Of a stretch of 64,000 nucleotides of DNA, positions 42,840-52,947 are shown piece after piece. The translations under genes and the position numbers were made by a program. The notes beneath the pieces are model-generated. The model was not told where the DNA came from and made no database searches. It saw only the letters and a program-made list of their open reading frames with translations. Positions within the stretch are counted from its first letter, which is position 1. Each line of letters begins with the position of its first letter. The DNA is from Candidatus Bathyarchaeia archaeon (GTDB taxonomy: Archaea > Thermoproteota > CALKCG01 > B24), in the NCBI GenBank assembly GCA_038870975.1, contig JAVZJD010000001.1:896001-960000 (forward strand), in the 5' to 3' direction.

Positions 42840-43559
42840 TCACACGAGAGTTTTCATCGTTACTGTCATTTTGAAGCTCAGCCTGACGTAGTATTTTACT
42901 GGTTCTTCTTCAGTGTTAGGTTGGAATATTGCAAGCCATGTATCTACATCCACCGTCCACGTGTCTCTACTTACCCTCATCAGTGTTACATGCCCTTCAT
43001 CGTATAAGGCTTGGTGTGGCTCTGGGGCTGTCACGTTAACAAAGAATGTATAATTCCCGAATGAAAAACCGCTTAATCCCGGTTCTGGCAGTGTGGGCGT
43101 GGTCCTCAATGCGTACCCTGCTAATTCGCCCGTATCCGCATCTATGAAGCCTATGGTTACTACGGCGCTCGGAATTTCCAAAACCTCACCCACATCCATC
43201 ATGTCGATTTCAACATTTGAAAAGCCTATAGTTAAAATGATACGGTAGTTTTTAGAGAGTAGCCTAGAAGGTATACTCCTCAAATGTTCATCCCTCCAAT
43301 AAGCCTCCTGAAACTTCACAAACGCAGACCTAGGGCTTTCAATTAAGGACAGAGCAAATGAGAAACCAGCACCGCGCACAGCCGTCCGTGCAAACACACC
43401 TTGAACACCATCCTCATACGGCTCGCCAGTATCGCTTACTATCAACCCGTCTTCGGAAAACTCTACCTTAGGAGGGCCTCTATAGAAGACGATGTAGATG
43501 GCGGCGAATAAAACCAAAATTATAATCGGAACGAGGATAATCTTCTTCAGAAGAGCCAA
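42840..43559 (-). CDS. Membrane-anchored hypothetical protein
   Basis: N-terminal TM/signal helix, beta-rich body. Confidence 0.65.
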   Translation of the reverse strand: MALLKKIILVPIIILVLFAAIYIVFYRGPPKVEFSEDGLIVSDTGEPYEDGVQGVFARTAVRGAGFSFALSLIESPRSAFVKFQEAYWRDEHLRSIPSRLLSKNYRIILTIGFSNVEIDMMDVGEVLEIPSAVVTIGFIDADTGELAGYALRTTPTLPEPGLSGFSFGNYTFFVNVTAPEPHQALYDEGHVTLMRVSRDTWTVDVDTWLAIFQPNTEEEPVKYYVRLSFKMTVTMKTLV

Positions 43560-43679
43560 GCTATCTTGTAGATAATACCCATTGAAACGTTAAATAAATT
43601 TTGCCTGTTTGAGTTACAAAAGATAGAAGTACAGAAAAGTTTTTACGTACAATATTGTTTAAATATACACAGATGTAGA

Positions 43680-44729
43680 ATGTGTACGGCGGATATTTTT
43701 AGGCAGGCGGCTCGTCAGTATTTTGAAGCGGTTAAGTCTGTTGAGAAGGCTAGAGAGGAGTTGAAGAAGATTATCATTAAGTATATAATAGCCGATGCTG
43801 ATTTGAGTAAGCATACAGAGCTTGCCATATCTGAGAATTTAGGTTTGCCGAGGAGTACTATAAGAAGTATTCTAGTCGAGCTTCTAGATGAGAAGGTTCT
43901 TAGAGTTGAAGAAATCGGCAATGTTAAACCCTATATAATTAATGATGAAATGGGTATTGGGATCGCCATAGACTGGCTTAACCTAAGCTTTACAAGAGAA
44001 GAGATAAATGAGCTTTTAGCAGCTAAAGAAGCTAAAGATTTCCACGGTATGATGTGGATAGCATGGGGGGCATCTGGTAGAGACACTACTAGATATCGAG
44101 GGTATGATGCAGATAAATGCCTTAAAACGCTTATTGCGAGATTTTTATGCTATATGGATGAAATAGAGGGAAAGCTTAGAGAAGCCTTCGGTGAACAAAC
44201 CTTAGAGGAGTTGACTTCTTTATTTCCTGAAATAGGTTCTTTTGTAAAGCTTATAGAAGCCCCTTTACCTGCTGCCGTCAAATGGGCGGCTAGAGATCTT
44301 CAAGAGATGGATGAGCAGTCTTCTGTCAATGATATTAAAAGAGTTGTGGTTGAAGCTTATGAGAATAGTCTTAAAAGTGTTGTTAGAAAGTTTAAGAAGG
44401 TTGCATATATCTTAGAAGAGAAGGGTTATGAAGGATTACACGAATTCTTCAAAGGAAAGAAGCCAGTCTACTTTGCTTATCAAGTAAAGAACGGAAAGAA
44501 GCCGGAGTATAGGTTTCGCGACGAGTACCTTTGGGCTGCGACGCTGGCCCTTAGAGAAAGCTGCAAGATAGGTGAAAAGATAGGTGCAGACCCCAGTCTT
44601 CTTAAAGAGGCTAGAATGCTGGCAGACGCATTAGACTTGGCTTTAGAGAAGAAGTATAGAGGACTCAATGCTGAGGGATTAAGCTTAACTGACTGGGCGA
44701 TTAGAGAGCTACATAAGCTTCAAAAATAA
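43680..44729 (+). CDS. Hypothetical protein with N-terminal winged HTH
   Basis: TELAISENLGLPRSTIRSILVEL..KVLRVEEIGNVKPY; helical C-terminal part unrecognised. Confidence 0.65.
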   Translation: MCTADIFRQAARQYFEAVKSVEKAREELKKIIIKYIIADADLSKHTELAISENLGLPRSTIRSILVELLDEKVLRVEEIGNVKPYIINDEMGIGIAIDWLNLSFTREEINELLAAKEAKDFHGMMWIAWGASGRDTTRYRGYDADKCLKTLIARFLCYMDEIEGKLREAFGEQTLEELTSLFPEIGSFVKLIEAPLPAAVKWAARDLQEMDEQSSVNDIKRVVVEAYENSLKSVVRKFKKVAYILEEKGYEGLHEFFKGKKPVYFAYQVKNGKKPEYRFRDEYLWAATLALRESCKIGEKIGADPSLLKEARMLADALDLALEKKYRGLNAEGLSLTDWAIRELHKLQK

Positions 44730-44869
44730 CTATGAAAAGTATGGTGGAAAATCTTGAAGAAGAGGAAATATGGCTGGGATGCAAAAGCCTGTTGCGTAGA
44801 GACGGCAAAATAGATTAACCTTACAGATAATTATTTAAGTAAGAAAGTAAGAATATATTTGGTGATCTC

Positions 44870-45160
44870 ATGGCTAGGTATGAGAAGCCCGACATCACAG
44901 TAGTTAGCAGTAAGGGACAAGTGGTGATACCTCAAGGCATAAGGGAGAAGCTGGGCATAGGACCTAAGACGAAGCTACTTGTTTACAGCTATCAAGATGT
45001 GGTGATATTGAAGAAGCTGGAGATGCCAGATGTAGCAAAGGAGTTGGAGGAGATCTATAAAAAGGTTGATGCAAGAATAGCCAAGTACGGCGAGCTGACT
45101 TGCGAGGAGGTAGACGAGGTAATCCAAGAGTACAGAAGGAAGAAGAGAAGTCCCCGATGA
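44870..45160 (+). CDS. AbrB/MazE-family antitoxin
   Basis: VSSKGQVVIPQGIREKLGI. Confidence 0.92.
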   Translation: MARYEKPDITVVSSKGQVVIPQGIREKLGIGPKTKLLVYSYQDVVILKKLEMPDVAKELEEIYKKVDARIAKYGELTCEEVDEVIQEYRRKKRSPR

Positions 45161-45170
45161 AGGTCGTGGA

Positions 45171-45587
45171 ATGAAGGTTGTCTTCGACACAAACGTCTTA
45201 GTATCTGCTCTGATCAAGGCTGGAAAGCCGAGGGAACTTATCTTAAAGATAGCTGAGGGAAAAGCTCAGCTAGTTTTGTCCAGAGGTATTCTAGAGGAGC
45301 TTCTCGAAGTCACAGAGCATCCGAAGATAAGAAGGTACGTTGATGAGGATGACGTAATCGCCTTTCTCAGGGTTTTGGGAGCCATCGGTAAAATGGTTAG
45401 GGTAAGGTCTAAGTTCAAGGTCATAAAGGAAGATCCCGACGATGACGTAATACTGAGGACTGCCAAGGATGGTAGAGCCGACTACATAGTGTCAGAGGAT
45501 AAGCACCTGTTATCATTAGGTGAATTCAAAGGGATAAAGATACTGAGTGTAGATGAGATTCTAAAATTATTAAAGGAGTTGAATTAA
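45171..45587 (+). CDS. PIN-family toxin
   Basis: VVFDTNVLVSA, DPDDD, ADYIVSEDKHLL. Confidence 0.92.
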   Translation: MKVVFDTNVLVSALIKAGKPRELILKIAEGKAQLVLSRGILEELLEVTEHPKIRRYVDEDDVIAFLRVLGAIGKMVRVRSKFKVIKEDPDDDVILRTAKDGRADYIVSEDKHLLSLGEFKGIKILSVDEILKLLKELN

Positions 45588-45719
45588 TCACGTTTCCCAT
45601 AAAATTGTTGAAAGAGTGATAGATGAGATTTTGGTTAAATCTGGATTAGAGCCTGTAACGATGATATGGAATTCATTAAAAAGCTGAGGAAATTGCTTTG
45701 AGTTGCGGATATAATAAAC

Positions 45720-46010
45720 GTGGGCATTGATGGAAAGCACTCATACCAGGAGCCGTTTGCATCTGTAAAAGAGGCTAAGGAGAAATACGGAGATAGGATA
45801 GTTATCCTAGGCGGTGTAGACGTGGATAAGCTCACCCGCCTTCGTATAGATGAGTTAAAAAGCTACGTCCTAGAGATCATACGGAGCTGTGCACCCGGCG
45901 GCGGGTATGCATTAGGCTCTGGAAACTCCGTGACCAATTACATGAACTTAGAAAACTACAGGGAGATGATACGTATGTGTGAGAAGTACGGTAAGTATCC
46001 CTATAAGTAA
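45720..46010 (+). pseudogene. C-terminal fragment of a uroporphyrinogen decarboxylase-family protein
   Basis: KEKYGDRIVILGGVDV, APGGGYALGSGNS; N-terminal two-thirds absent. Confidence 0.75.
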
Positions 46011-46023
46011 GGAGCCGATTCGT

Positions 46024-47159
46024 ATGAAACCGATAGAGAGGGTGTTTAGAGCCTTCAGCCTAGAGGAGCCTGATAGAGTCCCCTTATGGGAGGGCTGGAT
46101 AACAAACGACGGCGTCTATGAGGCTGTTATAGGCTATAGCTTAGACAGATACCTAGATGAATTTCTAACCAAGGCAACAGTGTCTGAGAGGGAGGATAGA
46201 ATTAGAAGGGCTAGAATTCTTGCTGAGGCTCAGATAAAATGCTATAGAAGACTTGGGCTGGATATGTCGCCTATATGGGGATCAGCACCTCCATATGACT
46301 GGAAGCCTGTTAGAATAGATGATGAAACCTTTGTAACGGAAACTGGGGCGATCCACCGCTATTCTCCAAAGAGCCATCAGACATGGGTAGTAGACTACCC
46401 TGTTAAAACCCTGAAGATGCTAAAAGTTACATGTATCCAGATCCTCATGCCCCCGGTAGGCTTGACCACGTAGAGGCTTTAGTTGCCGAGGCGCACAAGT
46501 ACGACATGCCTGCCGTAATCGAGGTTGGAGGGGGGCTAGAGTACACGATAGAGGAGGTAATATCGCTTCCAAACCTAGTAGTGCTTATGTTCCGTTATCC
46601 AAGCTTGGCTAGAAGACTGATAAACATGGTTGTTGACTTTAGTATTGAGATAGGTAAAGCCGCCATAGACATGGGGGTAGACGTCATTGAGATAAGCAAC
46701 GACAGTGGCTGCGTTTCCGGACCTATGTTATCGCCTAAGCTATTCCACGAATTCATAACGCCGACGCTTGAAAGACAGGTTAAAACCTTCAAGAGTAAAG
46801 GAGCTATAGTCTTCGTCCACTGCGATGGAAACGTATACCCTATACTTGAAGATATGGTTAAAAGTGGGATAGATGGATGGCATGCAATAGAGCCTCAAGC
46901 AGGTATGGACATAGGATATGTAAAGAAAAAATATGGAGACAGGATATGCCTCATAGGAAATATAGACGTGTCCCACACGTTACCTTTTGGAAGTGAGGAA
47001 GACGTCATAAAGGAAGTTAAGGAGAGAATAAACATAGCTGCACCGGGAGGTGGCTATATTCTAGCGTCATCAAACTCCATCCATAGGGGCGTTAAACCTT
47101 CTAACGCCATAGCCATGTATAAAGCTGGCAGAAAGTATGGTGTATATACAGAACGATAA
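46024..47159 (+). pseudogene. Uroporphyrinogen decarboxylase-family (MtaA/CmuA-like) protein split by a frameshift at ~46410
   Basis: EEPDRVP start, HCDGN, GGGYILASSNS; adding one C to CCC 46409-46411 gives VKTPEDAKSYMYPDP and joins both ORFs. Confidence 0.8.
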
Positions 47160-47232
47160 TATGCCTCCCGGCGCATATTATCGGCAAAAGGCAATGTTTA
47201 TTATGCTGGAACGACCATAATTTGGAAGGCGA

Positions 47233-48000
47233 ATGAAAATGAATAGAAAAATGACAGTTGCGTTTCTAGTTGTTTTCATTATGCTATTCGTAGGCTGCCC
47301 GTTGACTTCAACCTTCGCAAACAAGGATGGGGCTGGACCACCAGACCTTCAGCGGGTAGTCTTCATACACTATGCAAAGGCTAATGCAAAACCACCGGCA
47401 AAAGAAACTGGTTATTATAAGCTTATAGGTGCTAAATGGAAGAGCTTTCCAGTTTCTCTAGAAGTGAACCCCTCTGAACTGGATGCTGAGTTTGTGAAAA
47501 AGGCTATAGGTTTAGCTGCTGAGGAGTGGGATAGCGGTGCCTACAGTCGATCAGAGGGTATTGATTGGTATGGAGTAGACCCGGATCTATTCAATGACAC
47601 TATCAGTACTACAGATAAAGGCTATGAGGACCTTGCGTGGACGAGCGATAAACTTGATGGTAAGAATACGCTTCTCTTCGGGAATTATTCTACCCCGGGT
47701 GTTATTGCTGTCACGATCCTCTGGTATGATAGGGCGACGAAGACTATTGTAGAATTCGACATAGTGTTCGATACAGACTACACGTGGGGCAACGCTACCG
47801 GAGACCCGAATGTAATGGATCTTCAGAATATCGCGACACATGAGCTTGGACACGGGGTTGGATTAGGCGACGTCTATCAGAGCACAGCATACCAAGAGAC
47901 AATGTACGGCTATAGCGACTACGGGGAAACCAGCAAGAGAGACCTCTACATAGGCGACAAAACAGGTATCACAAAACTATACGGTGCGGCTTCGGCTTAG
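47233..48000 (+). CDS. Secreted matrixin-family zinc metalloprotease
   Basis: Signal peptide; HELGHGVGLGD zinc motif; Met-turn ETMYG. Confidence 0.88.
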   Translation: MKMNRKMTVAFLVVFIMLFVGCPLTSTFANKDGAGPPDLQRVVFIHYAKANAKPPAKETGYYKLIGAKWKSFPVSLEVNPSELDAEFVKKAIGLAAEEWDSGAYSRSEGIDWYGVDPDLFNDTISTTDKGYEDLAWTSDKLDGKNTLLFGNYSTPGVIAVTILWYDRATKTIVEFDIVFDTDYTWGNATGDPNVMDLQNIATHELGHGVGLGDVYQSTAYQETMYGYSDYGETSKRDLYIGDKTGITKLYGAASA

Positions 48001-48140
48001 CCGAACCCCCTACTTTTTCCAATAAATCTTCCCAGCAGTAAAACCATCGCACTTCTCAGAATCGAAGATAAACTATAATGATTTAAATAAGCTATTTTTA
48101 AAAGAAGAAAGCCACTGGAATGGAGGAACTATGGTGGGAG

Positions 48141-48215
48141 GGCCGCCGCCGGGATTTGAACCCGGCCTCCAGGCTCCACAGGCCTGTACGCTAACCAGGC
48201 TACGTTACGGCGGCC
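48141..48215 (-). tRNA. tRNA-His (GTG)
   Basis: Reverse complement folds: G-1, GCCGCCG/CGGCGGC acceptor, CAGGC-CTGTGGA-GCCTG anticodon arm, TTCAAAT loop, C discriminator. Confidence 0.96.
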
Positions 48216-48822
48216 ATATATCCTCACAGTATTATCCCTGCATGGGCTTACCTTAAGATTACCGAGGAGAGATTATTCTAGTCCTCCTAGTAAATTTTAC
48301 TCTCTTTTAGGCTTTGAAGGGTATAGAAAGTGGATTGACTACCATTCTCTAAGAGATAGAGAATTGCAGAGATTGCGTTGGAACCTATGGAAAACTTCGA
48401 ATGGGCTTGTCTCTCTTCAAGCAGTTCTTCAAATGCGCATATTATGTCTTTTGACGTCTATTCTTTGAAAAGGACTTTTAAGCCGCTCTTCAACCCATTT
48501 CTCGTCGATGATTAAACCATATTGATCATGGCGCATCACAGTTTCAATATGCATCTCTCGCCTTTTGATAATACTTTGAAGCTTCATCATGTCTCCCAAG
48601 AAGAATTTTGTAGATTATCATGTCCACTCTGTGAAAATGCTTTCTCAAAAAACTCCTGATACGAATCCAGTTTTTACGTAAAGCCTTATCGCAGGTTTTA
48701 GGTCTATCTAAGTCTATAGGGAAACCTTATGATAGAACTTTTCTAGAAGAATTTCGCCTCCATAATTTCCAAAGATTCATAGTAAAATTTTTAATTATAA
48801 AAATTAAATTAAAAAATATTTT

Positions 48823-49017
48823 GTGTCTAAAGGATCTATAGATGGGTTAAAGAGAAGGTTTTGGCATTCGATAACAGGCGGGGTCTTCCTCATAGGTCTC
48901 GCAATCCTATTCTACATAGGATTTTGGCCTTGGATACTTGCTTTACTAGGTCTGATGGCTATAATCGAAGGCATCGGCGAATACTACTATAGAAGAAACG
49001 AGGAAAAACCGACTTAA
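48823..49017 (+). CDS. Small membrane protein
   Basis: GGVFLIGLAILF..GFWPWIL two-helix pattern. Confidence 0.7.
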   Translation: MSKGSIDGLKRRFWHSITGGVFLIGLAILFYIGFWPWILALLGLMAIIEGIGEYYYRRNEEKPT

Positions 49018-49097
49018 GAGAATAGACTTAGAGATATTCGACTATCGAACGATGTTTGAGTACTTATCTATGTAATAAGTATGATAGAAAATTTTCC

Positions 49098-49175
49098 AAA
49101 ATAATGAAAGAAGCAAAAGAACTAGGTTTAAACACCTCAAAAAGGCTCTAAAAGAGGCAATAAGAAGATTAAAAT
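49098..49175 (+). pseudogene. CcdA-like antitoxin remnant
   Basis: KIMKEAKELGLNTSK then, after a frameshift, ALKEAIRRLK. Confidence 0.45.
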
Positions 49176-49242
49176 TGAAAGGTAAAGTCAGCAAAAACAC
49201 TTCAACTCTCAACTGTCAGATGGCTATGCATATTATCTATAC

Positions 49243-49938
49243 TTAACGGTTCATTGGCTTTTTCATTGTATATCTACAGTCTGCTCTTATGGGGCATAGG
49301 TTGCATTTAGGCTTATCGGTGCAGAATTTTAAGCCGAATTCTGTGAGCAGTGCATGGAACGTTTTATAAGTTTCCACGTCTCTCGGTATGCTCTCTTGAA
49401 TGTAGGTCTGCCATTCCAAGTAGTTTTTGAGGTGGATGTCGCAGAACCTCTCTAGGATTCTTTTCGCATACTTTGAAACTGGGATAACGGGTCTGTTGAA
49501 GGCGTACAGCAGGATTGTGTCTGAGGTTTCAGGTCCAATACCGTCGACACTGAGCAGTCTTCTCCTTAAAGAAGGATCATCTAATGAGTCCAACCTTAGG
49601 CTAATCATCAGTTTTGAAACCTCGTATAGAGTTTCGAGCTTCCTATACGTAAAACCAGCTGGTTTTATAGCCTCCTTCAGTAATGTAGGAGGTGTCTCAA
49701 CGATTTTAGACGGCTCTAGAATCCCCATTTTCTTCAAATTCTCCACAGCTTTACTGGCATTGTTACGCCAGTTTGCGTTTTGAACCAATATTGCACCAAC
49801 GATCCTCTCAAATGTAGCGTTCTCAGGCGCTGGCCAGTCTAAGCCTTTTCCAGTACGTCTCCACTCATTTGGTGGAACTTCATCCAAGAATTCATCTACA
49901 AGAAGCCTGTAGAGCATGGAAGGACATGAAGTCTCCAT
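49243..49938 (-). CDS. Endonuclease III-related HhH-GPD protein
   Basis: GAILVQNANW, LLSVDGIGPETSD, C-x5-C-x2-C-x5-C Fe-S motif. Confidence 0.9.
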   Translation of the reverse strand: METSCPSMLYRLLVDEFLDEVPPNEWRRTGKGLDWPAPENATFERIVGAILVQNANWRNNASKAVENLKKMGILEPSKIVETPPTLLKEAIKPAGFTYRKLETLYEVSKLMISLRLDSLDDPSLRRRLLSVDGIGPETSDTILLYAFNRPVIPVSKYAKRILERFCDIHLKNYLEWQTYIQESIPRDVETYKTFHALLTEFGLKFCTDKPKCNLCPIRADCRYTMKKPMNR

Positions 49939-49965
49939 TGAAGCTTCCTCCGTTAGAGCAGAGTT

Positions 49966-50337
49966 TTAAGGTAGCTGTATTGTAACATCATCTCCATCTT
50001 TCAAGTTGAGTCTAAACCTTAAATTTTCAGCGGCTACTAGCTCGATTAGATCTTCCGGGTAGTTTGCCACTTTAGGTATTACTGCAATGGCTTTTACACA
50101 TCCTTCGATGAAGACTTCAGCCGCTAATCCTCTGCAGAATCCTTCAGCTGGCTTTATCTCTACGTCGGCCTTCTCTTCAATAAGTCTTCTAGCGTCTTTA
50201 TCAACCTTGAGGTTTAATGTTCCAGGGTAGGGTGTGAATCCAAATTTCTCTTGTATCTGTGTAATAACCCATGGCAGTGTAACGTAAAACCTCCCCAAGC
50301 CTAAACCGCTTACAACCTTCCCCTTTAAAGCCAGCAT
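49966..50337 (-). CDS. ribK: CTP-dependent riboflavin kinase
   Basis: GKVVSGLGLG, PYPGTLN, LNLKDGD. Confidence 0.92.
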   Translation of the reverse strand: MLALKGKVVSGLGLGRFYVTLPWVITQIQEKFGFTPYPGTLNLKVDKDARRLIEEKADVEIKPAEGFCRGLAAEVFIEGCVKAIAVIPKVANYPEDLIELVAAENLRFRLNLKDGDDVTIQLP

Positions 50338-50375
50338 AGCTAAATTTATCTCTACTACGGAGGTTTTTAAACTAG

Positions 50376-51386
50376 ATGGTAAAGCCTATAGTTGAAATTA
50401 CGGCTGACAGTAACATACCCTTGATAGGCTCAGTGGGATTTGGACTTATCGATAGAGGTACAAACGTTATACAGGTTAGACCTACAAGTATATGTCCACT
50501 TTCATGCATATTCTGCTCCACCGATGCAGGACCTAAATCGCTTAGAAGAGCCGTTGAATACATAGTTGAACTAGACTATCTAGTGGAAGAATTCAGAGGG
50601 CTTGTGAAGTTTAAAAACTGTAAGCATGTTGAAGCACATATAGACACCGTAGGAGACCCTTTAACTTATCCAAGGCTTCCGGAGCTCTGCCAAGCTTTAA
50701 GGGAAACACCAAACGTTGAAGTAGTGTCTCTCCAAACGCATGGATTCCTCCTCACGGAGAAGCTGATTGACGAGCTTGAAGCAGCCGGATTGACCAGGAT
50801 AAACCTTTCAATAGATAGTTTAAACCCGGATAAGGCTAAGATGCTCTCTGGAACTGAAAATTATCATGTGGATAAAGTTGTAGAGATGGCTAAATACATA
50901 GCTCAATCGAAGATAGACTTGTTAATAGCACCTGTATGGGTTCCGGGGATAAACGACAACGATATTGAGGAGATCATCCAGTTGGCTCTTGAGATCAAAG
51001 CTGGGAAAAGCGCTCCACCATTGGGGATTCAGAAGATGCTTACTCATAAACACGGTAGAAAGCCTAAGGGAGTTAAACCCATGAGTTGGAAAACCTTCTA
51101 CGATAGGCTTAGAAGCCTTGAGAACACATACAGGGTTAAGCTCATACTCAGCCCAGAAGACTTCGGAATACATAAATGTAGAGAACTGCCCTTACCCTTC
51201 CAGAAGTTTGAAAAGGTTTGGGTTGAAGTCGTCGGCTTAGGCTTATTCAAAGGGGAAAAGCTTGGAGTAGCTAGAGGTAGAGTGTTGACCGTTGTAGATG
51301 CTGATGAAGCACCCGTAGGTTCTAAGATCAGGGTTAGAGTTTTACGTGTTAAGAACAACATATACATGGCTAGGTTTGAACCGTAA
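50376..51386 (+). CDS. Radical SAM protein with C-terminal TRAM-like domain
   Basis: FGLIDRGTN, CPLSCIFC. Confidence 0.9.
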   Translation: MVKPIVEITADSNIPLIGSVGFGLIDRGTNVIQVRPTSICPLSCIFCSTDAGPKSLRRAVEYIVELDYLVEEFRGLVKFKNCKHVEAHIDTVGDPLTYPRLPELCQALRETPNVEVVSLQTHGFLLTEKLIDELEAAGLTRINLSIDSLNPDKAKMLSGTENYHVDKVVEMAKYIAQSKIDLLIAPVWVPGINDNDIEEIIQLALEIKAGKSAPPLGIQKMLTHKHGRKPKGVKPMSWKTFYDRLRSLENTYRVKLILSPEDFGIHKCRELPLPFQKFEKVWVEVVGLGLFKGEKLGVARGRVLTVVDADEAPVGSKIRVRVLRVKNNIYMARFEP

Positions 51387-51397
51387 ATAGAGGTTGC

Positions 51398-51618
51398 ATC
51401 ACCATCGGCAAGAAAGCATAGAGTTTCAACGGTGGGATTAACTATCGGTAAGCTTAAACATCTTTTCAACGTCAATGTTTCAAACGGGTACCGCTCAGAT
51501 GTAGCTTGAACGTCCAAAAAGCTGGAATAAGACTCCGAGCCGAAATGGCGTTGGATTGGTGAAAAGCTGAGCTTAGAAAAACCGAGAATCTCCCGACTTT
51601 AGTCGTAGGGAGCGTCAA
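51398..51618 (+). mobile_element. Non-autonomous IS200/IS605-family element (left end, omegaRNA-like interior, right end)
   Basis: Degenerate left end CGGCAAGAAAGC..GGGATTAACTATCG 51406-51447; right end GAAT + hairpin CTCCCGACT-TT-AGTCG..GGAG + TCAA 51586-51618; no ORF. Confidence 0.75.
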
Positions 51619-52946
51619 CTGCCGGAGAGTTGAACCCGCTCAAATTTTACGTGTGGACTGTAGGAGTTTCCCCTACCATGCAGGTCTTTTGAAAGACCTA
51701 CAACCTTATCCTTCATAATCTGGTAGAAGTCTCCGCCTATAACGGCTCCTTTAACCCTCCCCTCAATAGATCCGTTGACTATCAAATATCCATGTGTCAC
51801 AGTTGCGTTTAAATAGCCGCTTACAGGGTTGGAAAGCCACTCCCCTATGGTTTTGAGGATGTAAACCCCCTTCGAAGTTTCCCCGACCATCTCATCAAGC
51901 TCGTAGTCTCCAGGCTTAAGTATGAGGTTGTTCGGTAACGGTCTTGACGACGTTGCCGAGGCTTTATGTGAGTTCCCAGTGCTTTCACGCTTCTCCCTAT
52001 TAGCGGTATACGTATCATATAGGTATGTCTTTAAAACTCCGCTCTCTATCACGCAGTTCCTCCTCACAGGTATACCTTCGTCGTCGCACGTTCTACTTCC
52101 CATAAAGCCTGGAACAGTCCCATCGTCGATAAACGTGACCTTTGGAGACATAATTTCACTCCCAATCTTATTAACAAGTGGAGACCTATTCGTTTGAACA
52201 GAGTCCGCCGAGATCGCCATAGACAATAGACTACTGAAGATCGACGCCGCTACACGTCCATCTAAGATCAAATCGTACAGCCCAGTATCCAAGGCTTTAG
52301 CGCCGATAAACTCGTAGGCTTTTAACCCAATCTCTCGCCCAAGTTCATACGGTTTAACCTCATCCATAAAACGCGCCTGTTGAAAATCTGAAAAAGTTGC
52401 AGACTCACTCCCTTCTCCAGCCTTGGCAGTCGCATAAATCACTATGAACGTGTCTCTTCTAGAGACCTCTTCACCATGAAGATTCGCTATCGTTCTCTCC
52501 GATATTTCGACGTTTAAAGCTCCATAAACCGATTTAACTCCATACTTAGAGGAGTTTATTCCCTCTATAGTTGATTCAGCTATTTCTACAGCTTCTTCAG
52601 GCGTTAATTTCGCCAAACGTTCATCGTACACTCTATCTACACTCGTTACACCTAAACCCTTAGGGGCGGAAACCCAATATGGGTCTTCAGGGCTGGCTCT
52701 AGCTATCTTAACAACTTTGTCAACGGCTTCTTCTAACCCCTGTGGAGTGACATCATTGGATAGATATAGTCCTATACGCTTACCTACTGCCACTCTAAAA
52801 CCCACTACGCATCCGTTTGTGTATCTGCAAGCCTCTACCTTATCTGTGAAATCTACGGTTAGTCTTTCTCTTCGAATAACGGTTAAATCTCCATCCTCAG
52901 CTCCAATACTCGTAAGCTTATCTAGAATCCTTCTAAGGTTAAACAC
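51615..52946 (-). CDS. tldE: TldE/PmbA family protein
   Basis: DDEG, YLYDTYTA, STGN, no HExxxH; GTG start after SD GGAGGTGG. Confidence 0.9.
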   Translation of the reverse strand: MFNLRRILDKLTSIGAEDGDLTVIRRERLTVDFTDKVEACRYTNGCVVGFRVAVGKRIGLYLSNDVTPQGLEEAVDKVVKIARASPEDPYWVSAPKGLGVTSVDRVYDERLAKLTPEEAVEIAESTIEGINSSKYGVKSVYGALNVEISERTIANLHGEEVSRRDTFIVIYATAKAGEGSESATFSDFQQARFMDEVKPYELGREIGLKAYEFIGAKALDTGLYDLILDGRVAASIFSSLLSMAISADSVQTNRSPLVNKIGSEIMSPKVTFIDDGTVPGFMGSRTCDDEGIPVRRNCVIESGVLKTYLYDTYTANREKRESTGNSHKASATSSRPLPNNLILKPGDYELDEMVGETSKGVYILKTIGEWLSNPVSGYLNATVTHGYLIVNGSIEGRVKGAVIGGDFYQIMKDKVVGLSKDLHGRGNSYSPHVKFERVQLSGS

Positions 52947-52947
52947 G

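Noticed and set aside
39639-48215. Provirus integrated at tRNA-iMet or tRNA-His
   Set aside because: No integrase, tRNA-end duplication or virion genes seen.
48292-48303. 12-nt match (AAATTTTACTCT) to the mini-array spacer upstream of tRNA-His
   Set aside because: An AT-rich 12-mer can occur by chance in 64 kb.
51390-51460. Possible degenerate tnpB C-terminus (HRVSTVGLTIGK)
   Set aside because: Better explained as the IS left-end DNA motif shared with 57784; no RuvC or Zn-finger residues.
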